Positions 11,066 to 24,500 of a DNA stretch of 64,000 nucleotides are shown piece after piece (the first letter of the stretch is position 1; every line of letters begins with the position of its first letter). The stretch covers positions 230,954-294,953 of the forward strand of contig NMRA01000041.1 of assembly GCA_002633005.1 (NCBI GenBank). Reading direction: 5' to 3'. The stretch comes from Phoronis australis (taxonomy: Eukaryota > Animalia > Phoronida). The position numbers and the translations under genes were made by a program. The notes below the pieces were generated by a model that was given only the letters and a program-made list of their open reading frames with translations, had not been told where the DNA came from and did no database searches.

Positions 11066-13901
11066 AGGGAGCGAGATAGCTGGCACAGGGAGCATTAATT
11101 AGTCCTACTAAGGCCAATAATGTGTAGTTGTTTATTCTGAAAATAGCCCGGGACTGCATTCGTTAGACTTCAAGACATAAGCTTGCACTTGAAACGAAAC
11201 ATTTCGCTTTAGTGAATTCTGTCCCACAATTCAGCAGCCCAACCTCACTGACCAATCACTTCAGTGGCTGCCATTCTACTAGGATGGACTGCTCCTGAGC
11301 ATAATAACATTTCACTGGTGGGATTTTGCAAGATCTCGGGACTAGGTTTACGGAATGCTCTCCTGAACAAAATTTGGTTCTTGGGCTTCAACAATACTTA
11401 CGGTTTTATATTTTCCTAATGAGAAATTGAAGATTGGCTGTAAAAATTGCCGTTCAGCTTTGGACTCCACCCTCTGCCTGTGGGTGTGGTGTGCTGGGAA
11501 TTGATGCTGATTATGTTATTTTAGTTAACATTTCTATGTTGGGGATAAGCTACATTGTTTATGCAAGAAGATGAATGCTGGGGTCACTGTGTCCCCTTGT
11601 TCTTAGCGCTGCTCCAGGTGAATAAAGCTTCGAGGTAATCCTCGCACAGAGTAAATGTCAGGGAAATAACCCGTAGTAGGTAGACGATTTTGGTGTTTGG
11701 CTGGAGCAGTATAAGAATTTAATGAGAAATGATTTTAAGTGAAGTTATTTTCATATTTGGTAATAAATTAAACTATACCATGGTTGTGAATGTTATTTTC
11801 ATCTGACATTTTGAAAACAAGAATAAAAAACATTGTTTGCAAATTTCCGAACAGGGTAGTATCTGAATTCTTCAGTATCATGGGACAATATGAAATTAAT
11901 TTTGGGTTAATTAGTTTGTTGACAATTAAAACTAATTAACTGCAAGTTTGTAATCATCCACGTTTTGTACATATTAGCGTTATATTGTTACAGTTATCCT
12001 CAAGAGATCTTGGACAGGAAAGTTTATTTTATAAATTAAAGATAACTTAAGCTTAAAAACATTACTACTACTACTGGAGGTATAATTCCATCAATTGCTT
12101 CACACTCACGTTTGGTCTTTGTGAGCTACTACTGTGTGTTAATTCTTTATTTGAATTGAGATTGATTAAGGTTGCCTGGAATTCCCCATACTACTCATAC
12201 AAATGGAACTAAACCTGCCATGACATTTGACTTTATATAATGATCGTTTTGAAAGTAGTAATCACAGGCTTGTCAGTTCCTCTCAAGCTTCCAAGTCTTT
12301 TCTAATGTTCTATCTACTCCGGTTAGCGTTCATGATGGGAAATTCCGGGTCATTTTGTCTGATTATTTTTGGCATATTTTGTACCTGATGGAGGAGAAAT
12401 CTTTGTAATTTTGTACTTTAGATATTAATTCTCTGTGTTACCATGATTTAGGCACCATTTATCCACAGAATATTCTCATATATCTATATCATGGACGTTT
12501 CAGTCTGTGAAATGAGTGAGCTTTTGTTGTAATTATTGTTATTGTATTTACCTAATGTTAATATTCCTATCTAGTCATCCATTTTTCTTTGAATAACATA
12601 ATGTGTTGTGAACAAGAAGCCATTAGGGCTGTTCCAGCAAAATCCGTATGGGAGGGGGACGTCAGTGGAAATAAAAATTCATATGTCATTGGTGGTCTTC
12701 AGAAAAAAACTCAAATTATGAGTGGTCGTTCTTGTAAGGAATAAAAGCATTAAAACTGGGTGATATTTTTTGACCTGTAAATGTTGACAGGTTGATATTT
12801 TCAGCCAAACGCATCTCAAAAGAAACTCATTAAAAATTCCCTTGGCATATACCCAAACATGTACCAAAACAAAAAACAAGCCCATTTTGATAGTGTATAA
12901 TTACACAAAATCCACGAGGGCTCTAGATAAGGGGGATAACGACTGAGAACATGTAATAATCTATTTATACCACGTATTGAACGATGAACATTGCAATGAA
13001 TCGATCTACCTTTCTCGACTTGCCTCAGCTTTTGCAACTACTTTTATGTCAGAGGCCTGGGGTTGTGACCTTTTAAGAAAAGTGCGGCCCGTTCCACCCA
13101 CTCGGCTCTGCTCTGCTACTGGACAGGGCATCCAGCGTTCAATTTGGGGGGGCTTGAATGTCTGGCGATGCGGACCTTTTACTAACAAAAAAGCGTGAGG
13201 ATGACTAAACAAAATGGGGTACCACGTTCAGAGAAAGTAGTTGTGCATTAGCGTCTATTTAGTGCACTTTGGTCTTGTTTTCTCGGACTTTTTGTTTCTC
13301 TGAGGCAGACCTTTTTGCCCACTTCGCCAAATTGGGGGGGGGGGGGGGGGGNGGGGGCTCGTTCGAGCCCTGCCCCTTGTATGTGTAGGACAGGGCAGAT
13401 AGAGTTTATGACCCTAATTCACACTAACGCGCACAAGATTTAGGACACTTGGTCGAGTCCCTATATGTGAAATTTTAAGTTTTAGCAATTAAATTTTGCT
13501 ATGAAAATGAAGCATTCATCACTAGGTTGCAAGGATAGAAACAATTCTCTATACGGGATAGAGTTGAGATTGGTTATGAACTTCAAAATCCATGTAGTTT
13601 CAGAAATGCTCATGTATAACAACCTCAAGTCTTCATTTTCAAAAAAGGAATCTTTGTACTATTGCTGAACCAGACTTCAAGTAGAATATTCCAGAATTTT
13701 CCACTAGTGTCCAACAGAGGATATACTAAACTGTATTTCGTAATGCTGTGTTCACACGCAGGCTCTGGCACTTGCACAAAAAGAACTGAGCAGTCAATCT
13801 AAGCAAGCACTATGTGGATAGGCACTGTATATTGTATGTTTTGTTATAATGCAAAAAAAATTCATAACTAAAGCCAATCATGTTTCCATTAAAATAATTA
13901 T

Positions 13902-13907
13902 TTTATT
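13902..13907 (-). terminator. Candidate polyadenylation signal of TRAPPC13
   Basis: AATAAA on the minus strand ~1.7 kb past the stop codon, followed by T/GT-rich sequence. Confidence 0.4.
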
Positions 13908-14567
13908 CAAGTCTGTTATAGTCATAGTTTCAGACCAAACACAAAATAATTTACAGTTATCACTGTACAGCTGATATATTGCACAACAGTCAATAGAGGC
14001 TCTGACAAACACATGGACATACAAGAAAATTGCACATCTTTTTTACAGTAAAACCTTGGTTCAGGACATGGTACAGCTGACCACTGAAATTTTATATTTT
14101 TCTGTGGAAGGTGTACAGCATCAAATTAAATGCTTTTCCATGTTTATGTTTTGGGCCAGTCACCAACAGACATTTGGAAAAACTACGGGCATTCACAACA
14201 GTTAGAAGGACTTGAAAGATAAAAGAAGGTATTTTTGGCCATAATTTTGAGCTAAATTGGTGAAATTTTGCTGAACTAAAACAAAAAGTGGCGAGTTTCA
14301 AATCTAGTTTTGGCACAAGTAAGAATGGTGAATTTCTGGTAGGTACCTCGCACACCACATTTACGCAATAATTGAAATAACCAAAAAAAGGTAATCCCAA
14401 GCAGAAAAAAATAGTGAGATTATTTTTTGTTTGTGTCAAGCAATGGTGATCGGCACAGATTCTAAGGTAAACTACAAATCAACATTATAAATGACATCTT
14501 TAAGCTGCGTAATATTACAGGTTGAACAGTGGCGTATGTGCGCAGGTGAAAAGCTTAATTACAGGTA

Positions 14568-14868
14568 TAGTCAAACCATGCTACAATGAACCTCTGCGGA
14601 CTTTTCTGAAACGTTCGCTGCACGGACAACATCATTGCCAAAATTGCCCATTTTCAAGGGCTTCTAACATTGTTGCGAACCCACGATTTTTTAAAAAAAT
14701 GTCTGATGTAAGCTATGATAAAAAACTTCAAAATCACAAGACGTTCATTTTATGGTGCTTGCCTGTTATGAAAAAATCAGTGAATAAAGTTTCAATTTAC
14801 TGCCATACCGTGTCCCAAATTCGTGACATTTAACCATGACTGAATTTCCTTGTAACCGCATCAACTTG
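14568..14868. mobile_element. Degenerate pogo/Tigger-like MITE
   Basis: Begins ta|tagtcaaaccatgctacaatgaacc, resembling Tigger-type termini; weak inverted end followed by ta. Confidence 0.3.
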
Positions 14869-15577
14869 TATACACTCAAACACTACAGATGGCTTGTGGA
14901 ATGGAACATTCATTGTATTGTGAGCAAACGATACAAACCGTGCGCGTTGTCATGCAATTTCATCATTTTACCACGGTGGTGATTCAAAATATGCTCGGTC
15001 ATCCAACATGGCCAACCTGAAGACCTCTCATATGATTGTAATAATGTGAGCCACTGTTCGTCAAATTTCGGTCAGCCACAATCTTTATAGCTTCTATGGG
15101 TGTGTAAAAGTGTACGGCAGTACCACCCCACTAAATGAGTGGGCAAGGCATATCTTACTTCACACCTAAATATCAGTTTAAAGAATGTTAACCATAGTAG
15201 TTGTGAAAGAGCACCGTGCCTCCAACAACTTCTCCAGAACGCGTAACGTCACTCAGTTCCTCATTCTTGTACAAATTAGTCGGTAAATTCCCAGTTCACA
15301 TGTGGGGTGCCAGCACCACTGACCACTTTACTGATAGCGAAACTCGATGCGTGCCCATCACAGAGCACAGATTTGTGGGATAGGAGTCGCAATCTAGGAC
15401 ATATGAAGTGCTGTCGCTTGGTACATGTTTACTCGCATAAATGATAAAATGAACTCGCGTGTCTATTTCAAATACGACAAATACAAGTGATTTTTAAAGA
15501 TTGGTGGGGCTTTTGATTACTGCTATCCCACAATCCTTTGTGCGTACTGTTTCATGCTATTCAAAAAAAGGTCAATT

Positions 15578-18500
15578 TCACACCATTTCGCCAGAGTATA
15601 TGAATACTTGGGTCACCTCATCATACTCGTAAGTTCGCTTCAAGAAAGAATCTGTGAGGCGCAATCCAGAGATCGTCTGAAAAACCAACAGTCAATCATA
15701 CATTTCAGTACATCAAACAAGGGCTCTGGAACTTAAGTAAAAAATTTGGTCTTGCGATCCACACAACTGTTTCTGAAAAAAATAATTAATCTCACTGACC
15801 TGCCACATCTCAGATATGATGTTCCTAAGCAAAGAAAGCCAAATTTTCCTCAAAGAGTGTTTGGTTTTAGCAATGGAGATTTTTTTGAATGCAAAGCCAG
15901 CAATCAAAAGATAAATTTCAACATTTAGAGAAAAACTTGTTATGCTTCATTTTCAACTTCTAAACTGGTGATCTAAATAGGCCTCAGTAGTCAAATCTAG
16001 ACAACCTTTTACAGCTAACAGTCACAAACAATAACTTTTTACAATGTGGATTGTACAACTGCTCTTCCAAACAAACTATGGACATTAACAGTTCAAAATT
16101 TACTGAGGCATGTCTTGGCGCCTCTCCTACCCCTGCCCTTGTTCTAACCCATCCTAGCTCACCTGTAAACCAGGGTGTACTGCAACATGTCTTGGCCCCT
16201 CTCCTACCCCTGCCCTTGTACTAACACCCATCCTAGCTCACCTGTAAACCAGGGTGTACTGCGATCATAGACAGGTGTAAGCTCAGGTGTTCCCCAGGAG
16301 ACAGCTTTCCCAACTGACGACCTGATATGCCGCACCAGAAGAGACCCCTACTGGTGACCTCGTTCTCTAGGGTCATGGTAAGATCCATGGTGCGCTCACT
16401 GGCAATATAGGAAATTAAGTCACATGACTAACAAAAACTTACTAAAATCAAAGTTTAAAATTATAATAATATTACGGAGATAGATTTCAATTACCCATAC
16501 TTCAAGTGTTGTCGGCGTTTAAAAGTACCGGAGCCAAAAATATAAGTCGGACGAAATTCCATTTCCCAGTCACAGCAACTCTGATGGACAATTCCACTTT
16601 CACTCAGTTACCCTCTGCTTGCCTTCAGTAATCATGTTGGGGTATTACAGATCACTGACTGTTTTTGGCATACCTTATGATTTCTCACACCAGCTCTGCT
16701 TTCGCTGGCAACCCTGAAGTGGTGCACATTTTACATTATCGAGTGGTAAGCGGCAATTGGGTAAAACATACCCGATCATTCGCAATGTTCTTTTTACATG
16801 GCCAAATGCTGGTATGGTAACAGAGTTAAAGAAATTGCGAGAAATTACTGAGTCTTGAACAAGTAAAACCAAAGGTGTTGAAAGTACATGAAGTATATCA
16901 AAGTTGGACAAATTGACAGAACATACCAGCAATTTGTGACTTTACAGGTAAACTCAAACGGCTTTTCTACTTGTACTATCTCAGGTAGAGTATCAACAGT
17001 TAGTCTGATGTCTCCATATCCTGGTGCCTACAATTAGACATTAGAATTAGTGAAGCTCATTCTAGTCAGATTGAACTTTCAACCAACAAATGATAAAAAT
17101 GAGTTTAGACCTGAAAACACTAAACGCGTAAAATAAACTTAGAATTTCCTTCAATGCTTTCAATGAGGTTTTCACAATACGCCTAGAAGAAATCTTGAAT
17201 TTGGGACGCTTAAATTTGTTGAAAATAGGAAAGTGTTTACTCTACTTATTTACTGTGTATTTCTCCTCGTCCACTTTCACAATTTTAGACATCATTAACT
17301 AACATTTTAGACATCAGAAAATTAAGTTGATGCTAGGATACTTCAACTTACGAACTGGCCAAACTTTTGGAAGAAACCATTGATCACTTCAGACGTAATT
17401 CAATATTAATTACTATTGACTGAACGGTATTGACTCTTCATGTAACATTAATTAGCTAAGACAATGACCGACACGGTATTGAACAAAGTTCAATTGCCAC
17501 TCAGTCAGTAACGTGGAATGCATAACTAATAAAGATCAAGGGAACATTATTAATTAAATTTTGCTTTAAGTCTAAGATAACCAGTGGTTTGTAATTTTAG
17601 TACAAATAACATCAAAATGTTGGCTATAAACTTTTCAAACTTATCCCAGTGCCAAACTGACCACACGCTGCAGCTGACTAGTCTGTAGACGTCCCTTCTC
17701 GCCTAGATTCGTCTTCCACACAATGTCCATTTTGCCGATATTAGTGACACCTTTTAGCAGTCGGTTGGACTCGCCAGACTGAACACCAGGGGACAGGCAG
17801 TAGAGATATTGGCGAGTGTCCAGAGGGTTCATGTAGTTCACCCGACCAAAAACATTAAAATCCCTGAAATGAAGGAAAGGGGATTGTAACTTCAGGCCTT
17901 ACACGGAAGAGACGTTATACAAAATAAAAACTTTACACAAATAAGCGAACATTTAAAACCACATATTCCCCGTTTTGCTGGCTAAAAACAAAATTGAATA
18001 ACGGGTCTTTTACTATAAAAAACGGTCTTTTAAGATTCCCTACCACAACAGGATTCTATTTCCATAACCAATTAGAAACGGAACTAGAATTCTATCACAG
18101 CATCGAGTATTATGAGCTCAATTTTATAAGAATAGTAGCATAATTTGATGTTAATATTTCAACTGCTGAACAGAGTAAAATTTAGCTTTAAGGGACAGGT
18201 GCTGGTAATCAATGAACAAAACAGGATTCAATAACCAAGTTAACTTCGAAGAAGAATTCAGAGGATTTAAAGAAACTCGTCACTAAAATTATAGTTAATT
18301 TATGTAACAAAACAAAGTGCATTGCAGCACCAGCTAACAGTCACAAGGTCAAAGTGTTGTGTTTTGAAGGAGAAGAAAACCCTTCTTGGCTAGAGCCTGA
18401 AGAATGGACAGAACTCTCAAGAACAAGGTCTTAGATGGGTACATTCAAGTCGTACAGAAATACAATTAGCAGAAACTTACATTACAAAGCCTATACGACA

Positions 18501-21500
18501 AAATGAACAGAAATCAATCCATTATCTACTTTTAATCTTCAACCCCAGGTACATTCTATAATACACCACAATATAGTTTTTGTTTCAACCTGTTCCGATA
18601 TTAAGCATGATCAGACTGAAGAAATTGGCACAAAATCTCACATGCTCTTGTCATCCACACTGAAAGTGAGTTCTCTGCACGTATATTGCTCAGAAGGCTC
18701 CAAGGCAACTGTTTCCATGACGATAGGACCTGGGGTGACATTTTGGATCTGAGCTTCCAAGAAGACATCATCATTCTAAAATTAAAGACAATGTATTAAC
18801 AAATTAATGTTTGCATGTGTCACAATAACACCCAGATTATAAATAGCAAACACTAAAAGAACAAACCCTTAAAGATGCACGCAGCACACATTATCTCAAA
18901 CAGAAATAGCAAACGCCAATCTAGAATAAATCAAGTAAACGGCCATGAATCCTCCTGTTGAAGTAATCATTGAACTCTGTTTGGTCCATTTTTATCACGC
19001 GTAGTTAGGAAATCTGAGTTGCCATATTAAAAAATACAAGAGTTCCACGCCAAATCATGAACCGAAAAAAGGGTTTTCAAAAGATGGCACTGTGTGAGGC
19101 TTTAGCATTTCACTCACCATCATCACCAACACGGATCTAACCACCAGATGTCACTTTTATTATTTTGAGACATGTTTAGGTAAAGAAATTATACAGCGAG
19201 CAGCAAGAAGGCAGAAAAAGCAACAACGTAGAAAGTGCACCAAATGGCGGGAAGAACTCCGCACTTGCGTCAAGTGGGGAGATAATTTAGGACAATCGAG
19301 CAGAAGAGTCTGGACCAAACCTTTCACATTACGCTTACGTAATCTGACCAACCTTGGTCCCCTCACTAGTCCGGTCTTTTCGAGTGTATTAACTTCAGTA
19401 CCGCACTGAATTTAGACCAGTCTAAATCACCTTTCAAATTTTGTCTAAAATTCTTGTGGTTGAGAAAGAATGTTAATCCTCCGTACTAACTCCGTAATGC
19501 GAAAGGTCCTTCAGGTAAGAAATTTTCTGGGCTTGCAAAGAACTGATGGTTTGCAATTCTTTGAAACTTAGCCACATAAAATGATATAAAATGACTAGTC
19601 AAGTTGTAATGACTATGCTCAGGCAATAATGGCAAGTGATCTAAATCAAATGTAAACTTTTATGACGGAAGTCAGATTTATGGCCATTTCAAGTAACTTT
19701 ATAAATGTTCTGTGTCTTTCATATTCTTCATTATACATAGAAATTGGCCATCCAATAAAAACAGACACTTTCATACATCACCCTTCTATCTGTGCAACTT
19801 CATGAACAAAAATGATACTAGTTTAAACTAAAGGCTACTTGACATAGAGGTAGTTTAGTTGTAGGTTACAAGGTAAGTTGTTTGATACTGAATTCCATTT
19901 GGTACACAGGCTATAATTATATTTGCCAGACTTTTAGGTATACCTGTTATTTGGTATACAGTCATCTCACAACAGATACTCAGAACAAGGAAATCTAACT
20001 CGGTCAAAACCATTAATGTATTTTAACAAAAAGCCCAACAAAAATTAAACCCATAGTACTACCCAAAGTTTCAACCAAAGCTTCCCGTGTGGCACACCAG
20101 ACAACGATGTACCAGATATACCAGAACCACCCTCACAAACTTTTTTCAAAGCTATTATCCTCATAACTCGCCATGTGCTGCAGCAGCATTTTTTAAAGGT
20201 GATAAACAGTTAAATCCAACACATCTTCAGAATTGTTTGTACAGTGATAAGTCTCTATCACTGGAAATACAGTGCAGTGCTTGCAGCCCCCTCTGCAGGG
20301 AACCATTTACTGCTGAGTTAATGCGCATTCACATGACTATCGGCTCAGATAAAAAACCCAGATTTTTCTTCCGTGTGAACAATGACAATGTTGCAAACCA
20401 AAGCGAGCACAAATCACAACACCAACTTAAAGTGGAGATTGAAGGAAACAAGAAATGACAAGTGAGCTAAGATGTAACCCATTCAACCACAGGTGAGGAC
20501 AAGAGAAACAGGCATGCACAATCAACAGGTGAAAATCAGGTGGGACTTACTAGATAATCCTACGGGTGGACACGATGTCATAGAAATGAAGCAGTCAATG
20601 GTCAAACAAGGTAAATACAAAATGATGTTAGGAGTATGGATAAAACTGATTGACATGTTACAATATGACAAAAAATCAACGGTCAAACCAAATAAGAACG
20701 AAAAAGTAAAGGAAAGCTTCTAATAAAGTGCTAACGTCAAACAATTTAACTGTGACATTCTAGAGACACTAACACAAGTCACAAGATGCATGAATACCAC
20801 GTTCATCTGTCCAACATTCAAGTTGAGAATATTTCATTTTATAACCATATCCAAATAAAAGATAGCACTTTCAGAGTCCTATCATAAAATCTCACCATTT
20901 TTTACGACACAATATGGCGGGCAAGTGAAAAAATATGCAGCGCCAAATGGTTTACCGTGTTCAAGTTCTGTATCACAGCTACCATCAGAAAATATTAAAA
21001 AAATTTGTGGGTATTCACCATGCCAAGAATTGTACGATGACACTTGGTTTACCTCAAAATCCAACTGCTGCCTCGTGGTTTGGTAATTGGCCCAAGTATG
21101 TTGCATACCCAGCAGAATTAATGAGGAATATATTATAGCAACATTAAATAAATGTTTTAGGTTGTAAAAGTAGTATTCCCAGGGCTTGGAATGACCAATG
21201 ACAGAAAACGCGGAAATTCTTACGGCCCAAAACATGCGCGCAGCCAGCCTTGAAATAGTTGGTGTGGAAAAAAAAAACGGTACCAGCGTGCACGTCTGCG
21301 TCTTTTTAGCTCATCCACCACTCCCGCCTCTACACATTTTAGGCTGTAGGGTCGTAGTATTTGTCACAGCGGTTTACAATCACACGAGCCGCCATTGAGG
21401 AAATCCACCACGCTATCCCAGTTGCCCCGGCAATGTTGACAATTTACGTTCCTCCGAAATATAAAAAGCAACTTCCGCTTTTGCGAGGTGAAAGTCGTCG

Positions 21501-24500
21501 GCAATGCCGTGGTAAGAAAATTTGCCGCGAAAATTTTATATCAAATCCGATTTTGTTTTACGCAGAAATATAATAAAATACGCGGACAGAACATTTCAAA
21601 AAAGCGGAAATCCGCGTTTCCGCGGAAAATTCCAAGCCTTGTATTCCTTGTCCAATGTTCAAAATTCAAAAATCTAATCATATGTGATTTTCATAAACTA
21701 CTCAAATATGCTATTTAGAAACTTTCCAAACAAAAATTTCAAAATACTATTGTCATCCCTGATGTGTTTATGATAGTCTCGTTATCTAGAGAATGATAAC
21801 ATCAACAGCCTGAGGTGATTTAATTAACCACAACAGCATGGTGTTTTTGATCTGAACCAACAAATTCTGTGGTGCGCAAACCAGTCGAGTTGCCCAATCT
21901 TGACCGGTTATGGTGTCAACGTACGATTCTTTTCATGTCAACAACGTAAGAAGACATACGCACTAATTTGTGCAAAATTGGTGAGATTTTACTGTACACG
22001 CAATTCACTTGTCCTTAACTGTCAAATAGTAGTCTTCCTTGACATTTGCAGGTAAAGTGATTGACATACAGTTCCCTTTGTAACAGACTAAGTCAGTTGT
22101 CCACCAGATAAATGGCCATCACCAACTAGCCAAAAACGTTGCTTTTAAATGGCCATGCTTGGCTTAATGCTGACTTTGATGTTTAGGCTTTCAAATTGCT
22201 GCCTTTGGCATGAATGGGTCTGTACAGGCTACCTGAATAACACGGCTCACACACTCACAAGCATGGCTCACAGACCTGTAAAGACAGCTCACTGACTCTA
22301 AAACATTGCCCCCTCCTTACAAAACATGTCTTAGGCACCCAAAACACAGGAATTGATAACTCACATGACTAGCAACAGTGCAACACTCAGTGAAAAGTCC
22401 ATTGTTTACATGTGCATGTGGCGTGCTTGCGATCTAATAACCAAGCTTTTTGGATAATGCCATGTAAGTTTTGTGAATAATAGGCCATGTTTATGAGTAA
22501 ATGAACTGAGTTTACAGACCCATGGGCCATATTCGTGTATGCGGAGCTATGTTCATGAGTGTGCGTGCTGTGCTGTTTGGGTAGCCTGAGTATAAGCATG
22601 TACACTATGCATAAACAGAAGCGAAGTCTGCAGTGATCATTTATATTTAGAAATATCTGACAACCTTTCAAAACACAAGTCTGACTGTATTTCTGTGTTT
22701 GACCAGGGGACCCGATGGCTCAGTGGAGCAAAGCACTTGCACCGATTGTAGAAGGTCCAGGGTTTGAGCCCAGGTGAGGGAAGAAATCTTATCAGACTTA
22801 TAATTACTTAGGTCAGGTGATGTGACACTGTATGATTTGTTAAATTACATTGTTAGTTTTTGTAATTAAAAACCAAAGCTTTTCCAATTATGGTATCTAC
22901 TACTGAAATATGTAAATTCTATTTGAAATTCTCCATGAAAGAAATCGGATTCAGTGAATTCCGACCATTTTCCGCTAACACCAAGTTGGTGAGATTTTAC
23001 CGCAACTACACACAGTTGGCTAAGTTCCAATTTATATGTTAGCACAAATGAAATCAACTAAGTGCAGGTAATCTCGTCTCATTGAAGAGTCTGCCATGCT
23101 GAAACAAACACGAGTGAAAATAATTAAAACACCCACCTCGGCATTGTAAAACTTTGTCTTCACTTCCAAGGGTTTCAGCACCTAGGATGTAAAGAGAAGC
23201 ATCGATGAGGGCAATGTTTGAAAGCTTGTAAATGGCATAATACCGTTTCGGTAATTCTTCAATTATTTCACACAAAATAATAGCCAAAATCACCAGTTAC
23301 CTATTTTTAAAAGGCTGGTTAACTAGCAACAATGGAAACTTCCAAATTCTGTTTTAAGTCATCCACACAGTTAAAATCAAGCTAAAAATCGAACTAAAAT
23401 TTTCTGAAGTAGTTTTGCTAGGAAATTTGATGAAATAAAATCTCAACTGTTCACCATAAACTACTGCATGTGACAAGTGTAATGATAAGCTCACTCTAAC
23501 CATGAAATTCACAATTTGTCAAAATTTAGTTCCTCAATGCTATCCAGGTAAATTCCATTACACAAACGCTAAACCAAAAGACTCAAAAGACAGTTTTTAC
23601 TATTTTCCATCAGCCATACTTTTTAAAACTGGGAAAGGTTTAGAGAAAAAACGTTTCGAGCAACATTTGAAATAAAAATATCAATAGTTCATTATCCTTG
23701 CAAGCAACATTTACTGAGAGACATCGAGAGTGTACTTCAATTTCCGACAAGTTGTTTCCTGATAGGTAGCGAATATTGGTACATGCAAAGAATACATAAG
23801 ACGTAGCATTGAATCAGTGTGACATACATTATGGAGAACATTATCAATATGAAATATTAAATGTTTAAACAGACTAAAGTAAGCAATCATTATGCTGGAG
23901 ATTGCGTGTGTCTTCTTGTCCATCCAACCCTATACAAGAGTGTATTCCTGAGGCTTGCATGGTAAACTTCTTCATCGTTACAACGTTAGAACGAAAGCAA
24001 CACAGGCAATTTTGGTCAAACATAATTAATCATAAATTGTTTTCATGTGAATTCATACTAACCATTTCTCTAAGATTACACAAGAATTGTACGATATGAT
24101 ATAAATAAAATAAAAATTTATACTAGCGGTTTATAAATTTCTTCGAGCAAGGATTAATATCAGTCGTGATAATTTATATTATTTGTTATCACTGAGCAAT
24201 GATAAATGAAAAAGAGGTTTTTACATGATCAAAATGGTATCAGGCTGGATATCATTTGTCATCAGCTTGATGTGAATTCATATCAAGCGTAGTGGAGGTT
24301 ACATTGTCTTTGTATCTGTGTGTGCATGCCTGTCTGTTGTCTGCCAGTATATTTGTCAGTTTGTACATGCTTATCTGTTTGTTTACCTGTATATCTGTCT
24401 GCCTGTGCAAACCGGTATGTCTGTTTGCCTGACATGTCTGCCTGTGCATATGTCTGTCCGTCTGCCTGTATGTATGTCTGCCTATACACGCTTGTCTATC

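Noticed and set aside
22706-22780. tRNA gene
   Set aside because: No convincing cloverleaf or T-run terminator; continues into a body shared with other dispersed copies, so called a SINE.
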